Shown here in pieces: positions 44,763-54,132 of a stretch of DNA of 64,000 nucleotides. The stretch spans positions 61,992-125,991 of the forward strand of contig CAZKCV010000001.1 of NCBI GenBank assembly GCA_964551605.1, in the 5' to 3' direction. Each line of letters opens with the position of its first letter. Within the stretch, counting starts at the first letter, position 1. Origin of the DNA: an uncultured Gammaproteobacteria bacterium (GTDB lineage Bacteria > Patescibacteriota > Microgenomatia > Daviesbacterales > UBA10151). The position numbers and the translations under genes are program-made. The notes below the pieces were generated by a model that ran no database searches, was not told the DNA's origin, and saw nothing but the letters and a program-made list of their open reading frames with translations.

Positions 44763-45791
44763 ATGAATTTAAGTGTAATATTATTTTTAGGTTACCTGAT
44801 AGGTTCCCTTTCACCAGGTTATTTTTTCGGACAACTTGTCAAACATATCGATATCCGCCGGTTTGGCAATAAGAATACCGGAGCCACCAATACTTATCAT
44901 GTAGTAGGCCCTGTCTTTGGCATCCTGACAGGAATTTTTGATTTTGCCAAAGCACCTTTGGCCTATTATCTGACAGCTTCCGGCAGCTTGCCCTTCCTGC
45001 CCAGGATTGAACCGGATCTGGCCATCTTGGCCGGCCTGGCAGTAGTAGTCGGGCATATTAAACCTTTCTATCTTAACTTCAAGGGTGGTATGGGAGTGGC
45101 ACCTCTTTGGGGGCTTTGTATGGTTACTATTCTCTATACCCGCTCCATTTTTGCTTTACTGCTTATTTCCGGAACCGTTATTTATACTATTCACGTTTCC
45201 AGAAGCTTAAAGTTTACCCATCCTCTTCGCCAAGTTCTAAAGCTTGGTATGTTGGTTATACCCCTCGCCGCAATCTGGGTTCCTAAAGACTTTATCCTCC
45301 TCATAATCCTGTTGCTTTTTTTGCTCTTTGCGCTCCTTGATGTTATTCGCGTTATTAACCCAAATATTAACAAGCGTTATCTTAACCTGAAAATCTTTGC
45401 CAAAGAGAAAGAAAGATTCCGGCCATCCGGTTCAACCCTACTTTTCTTAAGTGCCTTATTGGTATTTTGGTTATTCTCTGAAGATATAGCCGTTATCTCT
45501 TTGGCCTGTTTCCTGGTAGGAGACTCTCTTGCTCCGATGGGTCAACGGTTTCTTTCCGTTCAATTGCTTGGCAGCAAAACCCTGGGTGGTGCCCTGGTGG
45601 TCTTCTTCGCTTCCCTTCTTACAGGTTTATTCCTCCAATCACTAACTCCGCTTAGCTTGTCTTTTACCTTAATTATCACTGCTGCAGTATCAATAGCCAC
45701 ATTGGACCAATTTTCCTTTCTTATAGACGATAATTTGTTGGTGCCATTCGGCACTGCCGTGGCCTTAACAATTTTACGGATTCCGGCTTAA
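44763..45791 (+). CDS. membrane fusion protein: PlsY-like acyltransferase N-domain + CTP_transf_1-like (CdsA/dolichol-kinase-family) C-domain
   Basis: PlsY motif FGNKNTGATNTYHVVG near the N-terminus. C-terminal LVGDSLAPMGQRFLSVQLLGSKTLGGALVVF resembles the CdsA-family GD..A..iG..fG....KT.EG block. Confidence 0.5.
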   Translation: MNLSVILFLGYLIGSLSPGYFFGQLVKHIDIRRFGNKNTGATNTYHVVGPVFGILTGIFDFAKAPLAYYLTASGSLPFLPRIEPDLAILAGLAVVVGHIKPFYLNFKGGMGVAPLWGLCMVTILYTRSIFALLLISGTVIYTIHVSRSLKFTHPLRQVLKLGMLVIPLAAIWVPKDFILLIILLLFLLFALLDVIRVINPNINKRYLNLKIFAKEKERFRPSGSTLLFLSALLVFWLFSEDIAVISLACFLVGDSLAPMGQRFLSVQLLGSKTLGGALVVFFASLLTGLFLQSLTPLSLSFTLIITAAVSIATLDQFSFLIDDNLLVPFGTAVALTILRIPA

Positions 45792-45923
45792 ATTTTTCAC
45801 CTAATTCTTACAAGATTTTTACCCTTTTCTAATAAAATTTATCTAGAATAGATTTTCGTCTCCCTGTGGCTTGATCTTATGGGTTAAATTTGCTAAAATT
45901 CGCATTCAAGAAAAATTTTTACT

Positions 45924-46526
45924 ATGATAGCACAAAAAGAACGAAATACCCGTGAAGGGAATGTAATATTTTTAGTGCCTTCAGCAAAGATAGTAGTAAG
46001 GGAAATTTTCCCTGGTGAAACTACTGCCTTAGATCCGGGTAAGGATGTAGGCTATTGGCTTGGCCAGTGGCCGGCCGAGTCTGCGTTAAGTCAGTTCGAT
46101 CACCTCAGACTTAAAATGGGTCTTGAGCTTCCAAAATATCACCCCCGCAGGGTTGACCGACTACTCAATGGGTACAGTGCTACCCTGCTGCCCCAAACTG
46201 AAACTCAAGCCAGGAAAATCCTGGAGGAAGATCCACATGCGCTTATCCTGTTGGCCGGCGCCTCGTATACTTTCACACCCGAATTAAGGCAACTTCATAG
46301 AGGACTAATCAATATTCGTCCTTATCAACTCGATAAATATGGAGAAATTATGCTGGATGAAAATGGCAACCCGATAGAAACACCTAAGACAGAAGTTTGG
46401 TATATACCCGGCATCGACCGATCTAACATCTTATTAGGGCGATCATGTGAAGCTGGCGTAGTCAGTTTAATAACGAGAGCCAAGCAGGATCCACATTTCG
46501 ACCCTGGCCTCCCCCCAGCAGCTTAA
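45924..46526 (+). CDS. hypothetical protein
   Basis: ORF only. TGcTAAAAT extended -10-like element about 30 nt upstream. Confidence 0.35.
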   Translation: MIAQKERNTREGNVIFLVPSAKIVVREIFPGETTALDPGKDVGYWLGQWPAESALSQFDHLRLKMGLELPKYHPRRVDRLLNGYSATLLPQTETQARKILEEDPHALILLAGASYTFTPELRQLHRGLINIRPYQLDKYGEIMLDENGNPIETPKTEVWYIPGIDRSNILLGRSCEAGVVSLITRAKQDPHFDPGLPPAA

Positions 46527-46580
46527 GCCTTTGTAAACCCTTCCAGACGGTAGCTTAAGCAAGTATAATGGGAACACAAA

Positions 46581-48110
46581 GTGTATAAATACCTCATACT
46601 AACCTGTATTTTACTTTTCGGGCTTTTTTTAAGATTCGAAAATATTAAAGGGGCCAATATTGTTTTTGATTACGATCAAACAGAGGACCTTTTCTATACC
46701 TACAAAATAGCAGTGGACCTGGATTTCCCGATCATCGGCCGGGCCATCTACGGTGACCCCCGGCTTCACCATGGGGTATTTTATTATTACTACAATACCT
46801 TTCCTTTCTTAATTTCCGGCGGTAATCTTTTCACCAGTGCCTATTGGAACAGCCTCTTTAATGTAGCCACTTTATTTATCCTTTTTTTCTTAAGCCGGGC
46901 TATGTTTAAGAGTATCCGGCCCGGAATACTGACGGCAATTATTGTGGCTTCTTCTTTTGAATTTATTAAATTCTCCAATTGGTTAACTATTGATACGGTT
47001 ACAATTTTTACAGTCCCCCTATTTTACCTGGGGCTCTGGCTTCTTTTCCAAAAAAAGGGCTGGGGATTAATGCTTTCAGCCACTAGCTTAGGACTTTCCA
47101 TACAGGCAGACCTTACATTTTTATATCTTATCCCGGTCTTTATCATTTATTTACTTATATTCAAGCCGGGGTTTCCAAATTTGAAATTATTTTTATATTC
47201 TTTGATGGCGTTTATTGCCACAACCGCTACCCTAATCTTAACCGAAATCAAATTAAATTTTATCGGTGTTAAAACTTTATTAAATTTCTCAAATACATTC
47301 AGCGACACTAAGTTGCCGATTATGCAAAGACTGCAGCTTTTTTGGCAGGATTTTGGAATAAACTTTTCCCGCAATTTACTGCCTGACAGACCTGAGCTGG
47401 GTATCTATCTGGCCGCTATAGTAACTTTAGGGGCATTGTATTTTCTGCTTAAGCCTGATACTGCAAAACAGGAAAGATTTGCCATTTACTTTTTACTGTT
47501 ATATCTTTTCTCACCTGCTATTACCCTCTTGCTGGGATACCATCAAAAACCTTGGTTTTTAATCGGCTTGCCTCCTGCTATTGCGCTTATTTCCGGGTAT
47601 GTTATTTCCAAACTAAAATATTTACCTTTAATCCTATTGGTCATTTTAGTTATTATCTTCACTAATACCAATGTCGTCCTGAACAGGCCGCAGAAAGCCT
47701 ACCAGTTATTCGATTCAATATATGACTCTACTTCTTACCTTGACTACCAACTGGAGGTAATTGACTATACTTATAAAAACTCCGGCGGAAAGCCGTTTGA
47801 CATTAATGCCGTAACCTACCCGCTTTATTATAACGGGATGTGGGCATATCTTTATAACTGGTATGGCAGGAGTAAATTTGGTTATGTACCGGGTTGGCTG
47901 GGCGGAGACCAACTTCATCCTTATGATCTATTACCAAAGGCAAAACAAGAGTCTGAAATTTTCTATGTCCTGATTTCTGAAACCAGCAGGATACCGGAGG
48001 TTTTCAAAAATCAGGGTAAAAGCTGGGGAGACGACAAAGGTAGACTTATTGAAGAAAAAAATTTCCCTGGCTTTACTGTCAGAAAATATGCAAAATCACA
48101 GGCTATATAA
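46581..48110 (+). CDS. polytopic membrane glycosyltransferase (GT39/GT83, ArnT/PMT-like)
   Basis: More than 10 TM helices. N-terminal loop ...DYDQTEDLFYTYKIAVDLDFP... resembles the DE-motif loop of PMT/ArnT-family enzymes. Confidence 0.5.
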   Translation: MYKYLILTCILLFGLFLRFENIKGANIVFDYDQTEDLFYTYKIAVDLDFPIIGRAIYGDPRLHHGVFYYYYNTFPFLISGGNLFTSAYWNSLFNVATLFILFFLSRAMFKSIRPGILTAIIVASSFEFIKFSNWLTIDTVTIFTVPLFYLGLWLLFQKKGWGLMLSATSLGLSIQADLTFLYLIPVFIIYLLIFKPGFPNLKLFLYSLMAFIATTATLILTEIKLNFIGVKTLLNFSNTFSDTKLPIMQRLQLFWQDFGINFSRNLLPDRPELGIYLAAIVTLGALYFLLKPDTAKQERFAIYFLLLYLFSPAITLLLGYHQKPWFLIGLPPAIALISGYVISKLKYLPLILLVILVIIFTNTNVVLNRPQKAYQLFDSIYDSTSYLDYQLEVIDYTYKNSGGKPFDINAVTYPLYYNGMWAYLYNWYGRSKFGYVPGWLGGDQLHPYDLLPKAKQESEIFYVLISETSRIPEVFKNQGKSWGDDKGRLIEEKNFPGFTVRKYAKSQAI

Positions 48111-48726
48111 AACTTGGAGCAAAGTTCCGGTAAATTATTATCAAAGCGGGGTTAAAGATAATTTCTTCCAGTGGCTCTGGCATACCTCAAAACTTAAGCT
48201 GGCAAAAAGAATCATTAATGGCCTTAAGTTTACCAATTGTCTTGATGTAGGATGCGCTTCAGGCTTTATGATTTCGGAGATTGCTAAATCTTATCCCCAG
48301 GCAAGCTACTTCGGGATAGATGTTTACGATAAGGCAATAGCCTCCGCTAAAAAAAGTTATCCTAAAATAAAGTTTGAAGTTGCATCAGCTGATAAACTGC
48401 CTTACCGGAAAGACTTTTTTGACTTGATCACTTTCTATGAAACAATCGAACATGTAGAGGATCCTACCGGGTGCTTAAAGGAAGTTAAGAGGGTGCTTAA
48501 AAAAAATGGTACTTTAATTTTAACTATGGATTCAGGCAGTTTACTTTTTCGGATTGTCTGGTTTATCTGGGAAAATACCAAAGGTAAAGTCTGGCAAGAA
48601 GCTCATCTGCACCCTTTTAATCATAATCAATTAGAAGATCTTATTAAAGATTCCGGTTTTATTGTTAAGGATAAAATATTTTCTTTTCTCGGTATGGAAG
48701 TAACTTTCATACTGAGCAGGGCCTGA
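48088..48726 (+). CDS. class I SAM-dependent methyltransferase
   Basis: Motif I LDVGCASGFM, motif post-I FGIDVYD, motif II region. Start moved to an internal ATG; the ORF-track start overlaps the upstream gene. Confidence 0.7.
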   Translation: MQNHRLYKTWSKVPVNYYQSGVKDNFFQWLWHTSKLKLAKRIINGLKFTNCLDVGCASGFMISEIAKSYPQASYFGIDVYDKAIASAKKSYPKIKFEVASADKLPYRKDFFDLITFYETIEHVEDPTGCLKEVKRVLKKNGTLILTMDSGSLLFRIVWFIWENTKGKVWQEAHLHPFNHNQLEDLIKDSGFIVKDKIFSFLGMEVTFILSRA

Positions 48727-48729
48727 TTT

Positions 48730-49608
48730 CTAATATTTGGCCAGATTAGTTTGCTCCAATAATTCCAAAAGGTCAGGGCCCACTTTCCCACCCGGCCTAA
48801 GCCTGTAGAAGAAAAACCTGTTAATATCCTGGGCAAAGATACCGGGCACAATTGTAACAGCAGCAGTAAAACCGGATTTTTTAACTATATCTAGAGTAAC
48901 ATTATCAAAAGCTCCATATGGATAGGCAAAAGAGGTTACCCGGATGTTAAAAGTTTTTTCCAGGTATTTTTTACTTTGCTCTACTTCATATTGGACTTTT
49001 TCCAAAGGTAATCCGCTTAAATAAGTATGGTTCATGGTATGTGCACCTATTTCTACTAAACCGCTTTTGATAATTTCAGAAATCATCCAGCCGGTTAAAT
49101 TATCCGGCCTGTCTATAAAATTAGGAATTACAAAAACCACCGCCTTAGCCTGGTATTTTTTAAGAATGGGATAGACATCCGTATAAAAGTCCCTGTAGCC
49201 GTCATCAAAAGTTAAAATAACTGATTTGGGATTCAAGTTATTTTTGTTATCCAAAGCCTCTGCCAACTCAGATAAAGTAATAAAGCTGTAACCGGCTTCC
49301 TTTAAAGTCTTTATCTCCAATTCAAAAACATGAGGCTCCAGATTAAGGGATTTCCTGATAGTATCACCCTGATCTTTAACATATTCAACATAGTGATACA
49401 TCAGTATCGGTACCCTAAAAGTTTTCTGCGGTTTAACATTTTTAATTGATTCCTGCACTTCTTTAGGTATTTCGACAACATCAGGAATTGGTTTGTTAAA
49501 ACCTGATCCTTTAACGATCAGGAACACCGCACTAAATAACAAAATTACTATAACAAGCAAAGATACACCGGATTGCTTCAATGAACTGCGCTTTTTTCTT
49601 TTCTTCAT
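48730..49608 (-). CDS. polysaccharide deacetylase (NodB/CE4 domain), membrane-anchored
   Basis: ILTFDDGYRDFYTDVYPILKKYQAKAVVFVI, HTMNH, N-terminal TM helix. Confidence 0.8.
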   Translation of the reverse strand: MKKRKKRSSLKQSGVSLLVIVILLFSAVFLIVKGSGFNKPIPDVVEIPKEVQESIKNVKPQKTFRVPILMYHYVEYVKDQGDTIRKSLNLEPHVFELEIKTLKEAGYSFITLSELAEALDNKNNLNPKSVILTFDDGYRDFYTDVYPILKKYQAKAVVFVIPNFIDRPDNLTGWMISEIIKSGLVEIGAHTMNHTYLSGLPLEKVQYEVEQSKKYLEKTFNIRVTSFAYPYGAFDNVTLDIVKKSGFTAAVTIVPGIFAQDINRFFFYRLRPGGKVGPDLLELLEQTNLAKY

Positions 49609-49663
49609 TTCTTCTAGTTTAAGTTGATACTGTATAGTTTATAATGGTATATTAAACAAATCC

Positions 49664-50779
49664 ATGGCCGATAACAAACAATCTATTACTTATTCAGAGG
49701 TTGGAGATGATTATGACACTAAGGATCCGATTAAAAAATTAGCCCAAACTGCTGCTGCCCAGACTGCGAAAAATTTAGCAAAACTTAATTATAAAGAAAT
49801 ATCAGACAGTCGCGGAGAATCGGCATTTGTTTGGCAAATCACCGAGAATACATTTATGGCCTCAGTCATTGAAGGCTTAGGAACAAAAAACCTCATTGCT
49901 GATGAGATGAGAGCAGTTACCGGGAAGACTTATTATGACATTATCGCCCACGATACCGTGGCTTCCATCATAAATGATCTTTCCTCCTCAGGCGCCAAAC
50001 CATTTGCCCTGTATGCATACTGGGCGATTGAGGATAATAGTTGGCTGCAAGACGAGCAGCGCATGAAGGATTTGATCCGAGGTTGGAAAGCTGCTTGTGA
50101 TCTCTCAGGAGTAACTTGGGGTGGCGGTGAAACGCCTACGCTCAAAGGAATTATTGAACCGGGGACCGTAGACCTGGCCGGATCAGCAATAGGAATTATA
50201 AACCAGGATAAAAGAAGAATAAGGGCAGAGAGACTGAAAAAGGGAGATCGAATTATTTTCTTAAAAAGCAACGGCATTAATGCAAACGGTGTTTCACTTG
50301 CCAGAGCGGTTTCTAAAGAATTACCAGAAGGATATGCAACAAAACTATCCGACAACACAATGTTTGGAGATGCCCTTCTGACAAAAACCAATATCTATGC
50401 AAACTTAATTCAAGACTTATTAGATCAGGATGTAGATATCCACTATATCTCCAACATTACAGGTCACGGACTCCGCAAGTTGATGCGTGCGCCGCAAAAT
50501 TTTATTTACGCAGTAGAAAAAGTGTACCCTGTATCAGAACTATTTTTGTTTATTCAAAAACAGGCAAATTTATCAGATAGTGAAATGTATGGAACATATA
50601 ACATGGGACAAGATTATGCCCTATTTTTACCGGCAGAAGATGTAAGAAAAGCAGAGGAAATTATTAAAGAAAATGGCTTTGAAAGTTTAGATGCAGGATA
50701 TTTAGAAGAGGGTGAAAGGAAAGTGGTTATTGAACCAAAAAATATTACCTTCGGGGGCGAAACTCTTTCACTGCGTTAA
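49664..50779 (+). CDS. purM: AIR-synthase-family protein, PurM-like (phosphoribosylformylglycinamidine cyclo-ligase candidate)
   Basis: SVIEGLGTKNLIAD resembles DGVGTK. IAHDTVASIINDLSSSGAKPFALYAYWA resembles GiDLVAMcVNDl..GAePLfFLDY. GGGETPTLKG resembles GGETAEMPG. Confidence 0.6.
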   Translation: MADNKQSITYSEVGDDYDTKDPIKKLAQTAAAQTAKNLAKLNYKEISDSRGESAFVWQITENTFMASVIEGLGTKNLIADEMRAVTGKTYYDIIAHDTVASIINDLSSSGAKPFALYAYWAIEDNSWLQDEQRMKDLIRGWKAACDLSGVTWGGGETPTLKGIIEPGTVDLAGSAIGIINQDKRRIRAERLKKGDRIIFLKSNGINANGVSLARAVSKELPEGYATKLSDNTMFGDALLTKTNIYANLIQDLLDQDVDIHYISNITGHGLRKLMRAPQNFIYAVEKVYPVSELFLFIQKQANLSDSEMYGTYNMGQDYALFLPAEDVRKAEEIIKENGFESLDAGYLEEGERKVVIEPKNITFGGETLSLR

Positions 50780-50799
50780 TCCTGAGCGGAGCCGAAGGG

Positions 50800-51780
50800 T
50801 TAGTTTCTTTCTTCTTTGTGGGACTTAGGAATTAATTTCTCAGATATTGAATCACCTTTATAAATACAATTTATAGCTTCTGCTAAAAGTTTAGCAACAG
50901 AAATTACAACAAACTTAGGATTTTCCAAAACTTCTTTTCTAAGCGGCACTGTATCTGTAATAAAAATTTTTTCAAGAGGCGAATCATTAATCCTTTTTAA
51001 TGCCGGGTCAGAAAAAAGTCCATGTGTCGCAGCAGCCGAAACACTTTTGGCTCCCCTCTTCTTAATTAATCTGGCTGCTTCACAGATGGTTCCGGCAGTA
51101 TCAATCATATCATCTACCAATAATACATCTTTGCCTTTGACATCACCGATCATGTCCAAAACCTTGCTTTCATTTTTCTTCATCACATCCCTTTCCTTAA
51201 AAACAATGGCTACCCCTTCTGCATTTAGTAAATCTGCATAAAATGCAGCCTTTAATACACCGCCTTTATCTGGTGAGGCTATGACTAAATTTGAACTAAA
51301 GACTTTTTTAAGTTCCGGGAGAAAAGAATAACTACTGTAGAGATTATCCCAGGGGATTTCCACAAAGCCCGGTTCCTGTTCGCTGTGGATATCCACAGTC
51401 AAAATTCTATCAGCTCCGGAAAATTCAATTAGTCTGGCAATTAAAGAAGCTGAGATTGGCACCCGGGGCCTGTCTTTACGGTCCTGCCGGGAATAACCAA
51501 AATAAGGAATGATGGCTGAAACCTCCGAAGCGGAAGACCTTTTTGCTGCATCTATAATTAAAAGCAATTCCATTATATTAGCATCTACCGGCGGACAAGT
51601 TGGTTGGATAATAAAAACATCTCTTTTCCTTAAATTCTCGGGGATAACAATTCTTTTCTCGCCGTCTGCAAAAACAGTGACAGTTTCATCCGCATCTTTA
51701 CCTAAATTTTTGGCAATTTCTTTGGCTAATTTTAAGTTGGCAGTTCCTGTCAGTAGTACAAAACCGTTATCGTTAGCCAT
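50800..51780 (-). CDS. prs: ribose-phosphate pyrophosphokinase
   Basis: PRPP-binding loop VLLVDDMIDTAGTICEAARLI. N-terminal FVLLTGTANLKLAKEIAKNLG. Confidence 0.9.
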   Translation of the reverse strand: MANDNGFVLLTGTANLKLAKEIAKNLGKDADETVTVFADGEKRIVIPENLRKRDVFIIQPTCPPVDANIMELLLIIDAAKRSSASEVSAIIPYFGYSRQDRKDRPRVPISASLIARLIEFSGADRILTVDIHSEQEPGFVEIPWDNLYSSYSFLPELKKVFSSNLVIASPDKGGVLKAAFYADLLNAEGVAIVFKERDVMKKNESKVLDMIGDVKGKDVLLVDDMIDTAGTICEAARLIKKRGAKSVSAAATHGLFSDPALKRINDSPLEKIFITDTVPLRKEVLENPKFVVISVAKLLAEAINCIYKGDSISEKLIPKSHKEERN

Positions 51781-51961
51781 AGAGATTAGATTAAACCATT
51801 ATACCATGAGTTCAATACACACCCTCAAGCTTACTTAAAGTTTCTCTCCTTTATTGAAAAATTGATTTTCTCAACCATATAGCAAATAATACTATATCTT
51901 ATAGTTATCGTCAAGTACCGATACTCAGGTTTTATTATTCTGATAACACAACTTTACTCGT

Positions 51962-51999
51962 TTAGGCCGATCGGTCTATTTGTCTAAAGTTAGAGATTC
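51962..51999. promoter_or_regulatory. direct-repeat copy (operator-like) between the PaaX-like paralogue and the prs start
   Basis: ttaggccgatcggtctatttgtctaaagttagagattc. Partner at 52525-52562 (ttgggccgatcgtcaagtttgactaaagtcagatattc) contains palindromes GTCAAnnTTGAC and TGACTnnAGTCA. Confidence 0.5.
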
Positions 52000-52499
52000 T
52001 AAGCTACATCAGTACCAACCACTACCCTCACCCAATCAGACAAACCAACCTCTTTAATAAAATTCCGCAAGGGACTTGTTACATCCTTTTTACCGGCCCA
52101 GACACTTTTCTGCCAAGGCTCAAACTCCCACTCCCTAAATTTACTCCGCAAGATTTTTCTTAATTTCCGGTGCTTTTCCGGGATATCAAAAATGACAATC
52201 CTCCACTTCCCATCCCATTTATCCTCTGCTAAAAGCTTTTTTATTATTGCTTCCTCCCTACCTCTATCTGTTAATTTCAACATAATTTTCCCACCGTCTT
52301 TTTTGGTTTCAATAAAACCTTTTTCACGCAAATCCCTAACCGCTTGATAAAGAGCTCCGTAATTTATTTCTCTTGGATCTCGTCCCGGATAAACATACCA
52401 GTGGGAGTTGTAGGCAAAATCAATTAGCAAAACACCACTCTGAATCGATTTCTCCAAACCAAGAAGCAAAAAATAACTTAATGAATTTTTCTTAATCAT
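51999..52499 (-). CDS. PaaX-like transcriptional regulator (paralogue of 9219-9713)
   Basis: WDGKWRIVIFDIPEKHRKLRKILRSKFREWEFEPWQKSVWAG. N-terminal wHTH. Confidence 0.6.
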   Translation of the reverse strand: MIKKNSLSYFLLLGLEKSIQSGVLLIDFAYNSHWYVYPGRDPREINYGALYQAVRDLREKGFIETKKDGGKIMLKLTDRGREEAIIKKLLAEDKWDGKWRIVIFDIPEKHRKLRKILRSKFREWEFEPWQKSVWAGKKDVTSPLRNFIKEVGLSDWVRVVVGTDVA

Positions 52500-52524
52500 G
52501 AGTACATTCTCAAACTATACTTAT

Positions 52525-52562
52525 TTGGGCCGATCGTCAAGTTTGACTAAAGTCAGATATTC
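52525..52562. promoter_or_regulatory. direct-repeat copy (operator-like) in the divergent region between the PaaX-like paralogue and the GNAT gene
   Basis: Matches 51962-51999 at about 31 of 38 positions. Starts 26 nt upstream of the regulator start codon. Confidence 0.5.
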
Positions 52563-52588
52563 CTTATCTCCTATGGTAAAATGAACAT

Positions 52589-53143
52589 ATGAAACCAGGA
52601 ACAATTGTTTATACAGGTAAATCAAAGTCAAGAAAAGAGATAGTTTTCCGCTATCCTAATAAAAATGACCTAAGATCTTTATGGGAATACATTAATAAGA
52701 TCTCTAAAGAGAAAACCTTTATTACTTTTCAGGGGGAAGAAATGACTTTGGAAGGAGAAAATAAGTGGCTGGAAGGAGAACTTAAAAAAATTGCTGAGGG
52801 AAAAGCTGTTCAACTATTGGTTTTTTCTGATAATAAACTAATTGGTGTTTCCGGAATTACTATGAAAGAAAGAGCGGAAAAGCATGTTGGCATTTTTGGC
52901 ATTACTATAGCAAAGAGGTTCCGAGATGACGGCATTGGAGCGCTTCTAATGGAAACTGTTTTAAAAGAGGCAAAGAAAAATCTCAAAGACTTAAAGATTG
53001 TTACCTTAGGAGTTTTTGGCAACAACGCTGTTGCTCAGAAATTATATAAGAAAATGGGTTTTATTGAATATGGGAACTTACCAAAAGGAGCTATCCACAA
53101 TGGCGTCCCTGTTGATCATGTCTACATGTACAAAGAAGTTTAG
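52589..53143 (+). CDS. GNAT-family N-acetyltransferase
   Basis: Acetyl-CoA motif A region RFRDDGIGALLMETVLKEAKK ... LYKKMGF. Confidence 0.7.
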   Translation: MKPGTIVYTGKSKSRKEIVFRYPNKNDLRSLWEYINKISKEKTFITFQGEEMTLEGENKWLEGELKKIAEGKAVQLLVFSDNKLIGVSGITMKERAEKHVGIFGITIAKRFRDDGIGALLMETVLKEAKKNLKDLKIVTLGVFGNNAVAQKLYKKMGFIEYGNLPKGAIHNGVPVDHVYMYKEV

Positions 53144-54132
53144 ACTACCTCTTTCAGATTATTTTTAATTCTAAGATCTACATTTTTTAATAGATCCGGC
53201 ACAAATTTTTTGCCGGTGATTTTTTCGTAAATCCCCATATAAAGCATACTCATTTTAGCAATAAATTCAGGCGGCATTTTGGGAATCTTACCCTTTCCGG
53301 TGAATCCATGTTCTTTGAACCAAATTCTTAAAGGTTCTTTATCATAGCTTTCCGGTTCTTTGCCGGATAAGAATCTTTTATAGTAGGTTTTTTTAATCCA
53401 GTATCTGGAGGAGTCTGGAGTGTGAATTTCATCAACTAAAATTAGTTTTCCATTAAGACCGTTAGGTCGCAAGCTCTGCTTATCATCCAAACCAAATTCA
53501 TACTTGGTATCTACTAAAATAATTCCTGCTTTATCACAAATTTTTTGCCCTCTTTCAAAAAGAGCTAAAGCTGCTTTTTTCATCTGCTTCCAGATTAAGG
53601 GTGACGCAATCTTTTTTTTAATAATATCTTCTTCCGTTAATCTTTCATCATGTCCGGCTTCTGCCTTGGTGGTAGGCGTAATCACCGGCTTAGGCAGCTT
53701 TTGATTTTTCTTTAAACCTTCCGGAAATTTAATACCATAAATTATTCTCTCCCCTTTTTCATACGAACCCCAGATCGACGTATCCGTCACCCCAGTAATA
53801 TAACCCCTCACAACCATTTCAATCGGAATAACCTTACAGTTTTTAACCACCATCACATTGGGATCCGGGACAGACAGCAGATGATTTTGAATAATATCTG
53901 AAGTTTGCTTAAACCAAAACTCTGAAAGACGCGTCAATACCTGGCCTTTAAAGGGAATCAGTCCCAAAACTCTGTCAAAAGCAGACTGGCGATCTGTAGT
54001 AATTATTATCCGTTTTTCTTTTAAGGCATAACTGTCACGCACTTTACCCTGGTGCTTTTTTTCAAGATTGGGAAGGTTTACGGTTTTAAGGGCAAGGGGA
54101 ATATTTTCAATAACTTTTTGCTTACTGATCAT
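53140..54132 (-). CDS. purC: phosphoribosylaminoimidazole-succinocarboxamide synthase (long form)
   Basis: GKVRDSY, IPIEMVVRGYITGV, LVDTKYEFG blocks. Confidence 0.85.
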   Translation of the reverse strand: MISKQKVIENIPLALKTVNLPNLEKKHQGKVRDSYALKEKRIIITTDRQSAFDRVLGLIPFKGQVLTRLSEFWFKQTSDIIQNHLLSVPDPNVMVVKNCKVIPIEMVVRGYITGVTDTSIWGSYEKGERIIYGIKFPEGLKKNQKLPKPVITPTTKAEAGHDERLTEEDIIKKKIASPLIWKQMKKAALALFERGQKICDKAGIILVDTKYEFGLDDKQSLRPNGLNGKLILVDEIHTPDSSRYWIKKTYYKRFLSGKEPESYDKEPLRIWFKEHGFTGKGKIPKMPPEFIAKMSMLYMGIYEKITGKKFVPDLLKNVDLRIKNNLKEVV

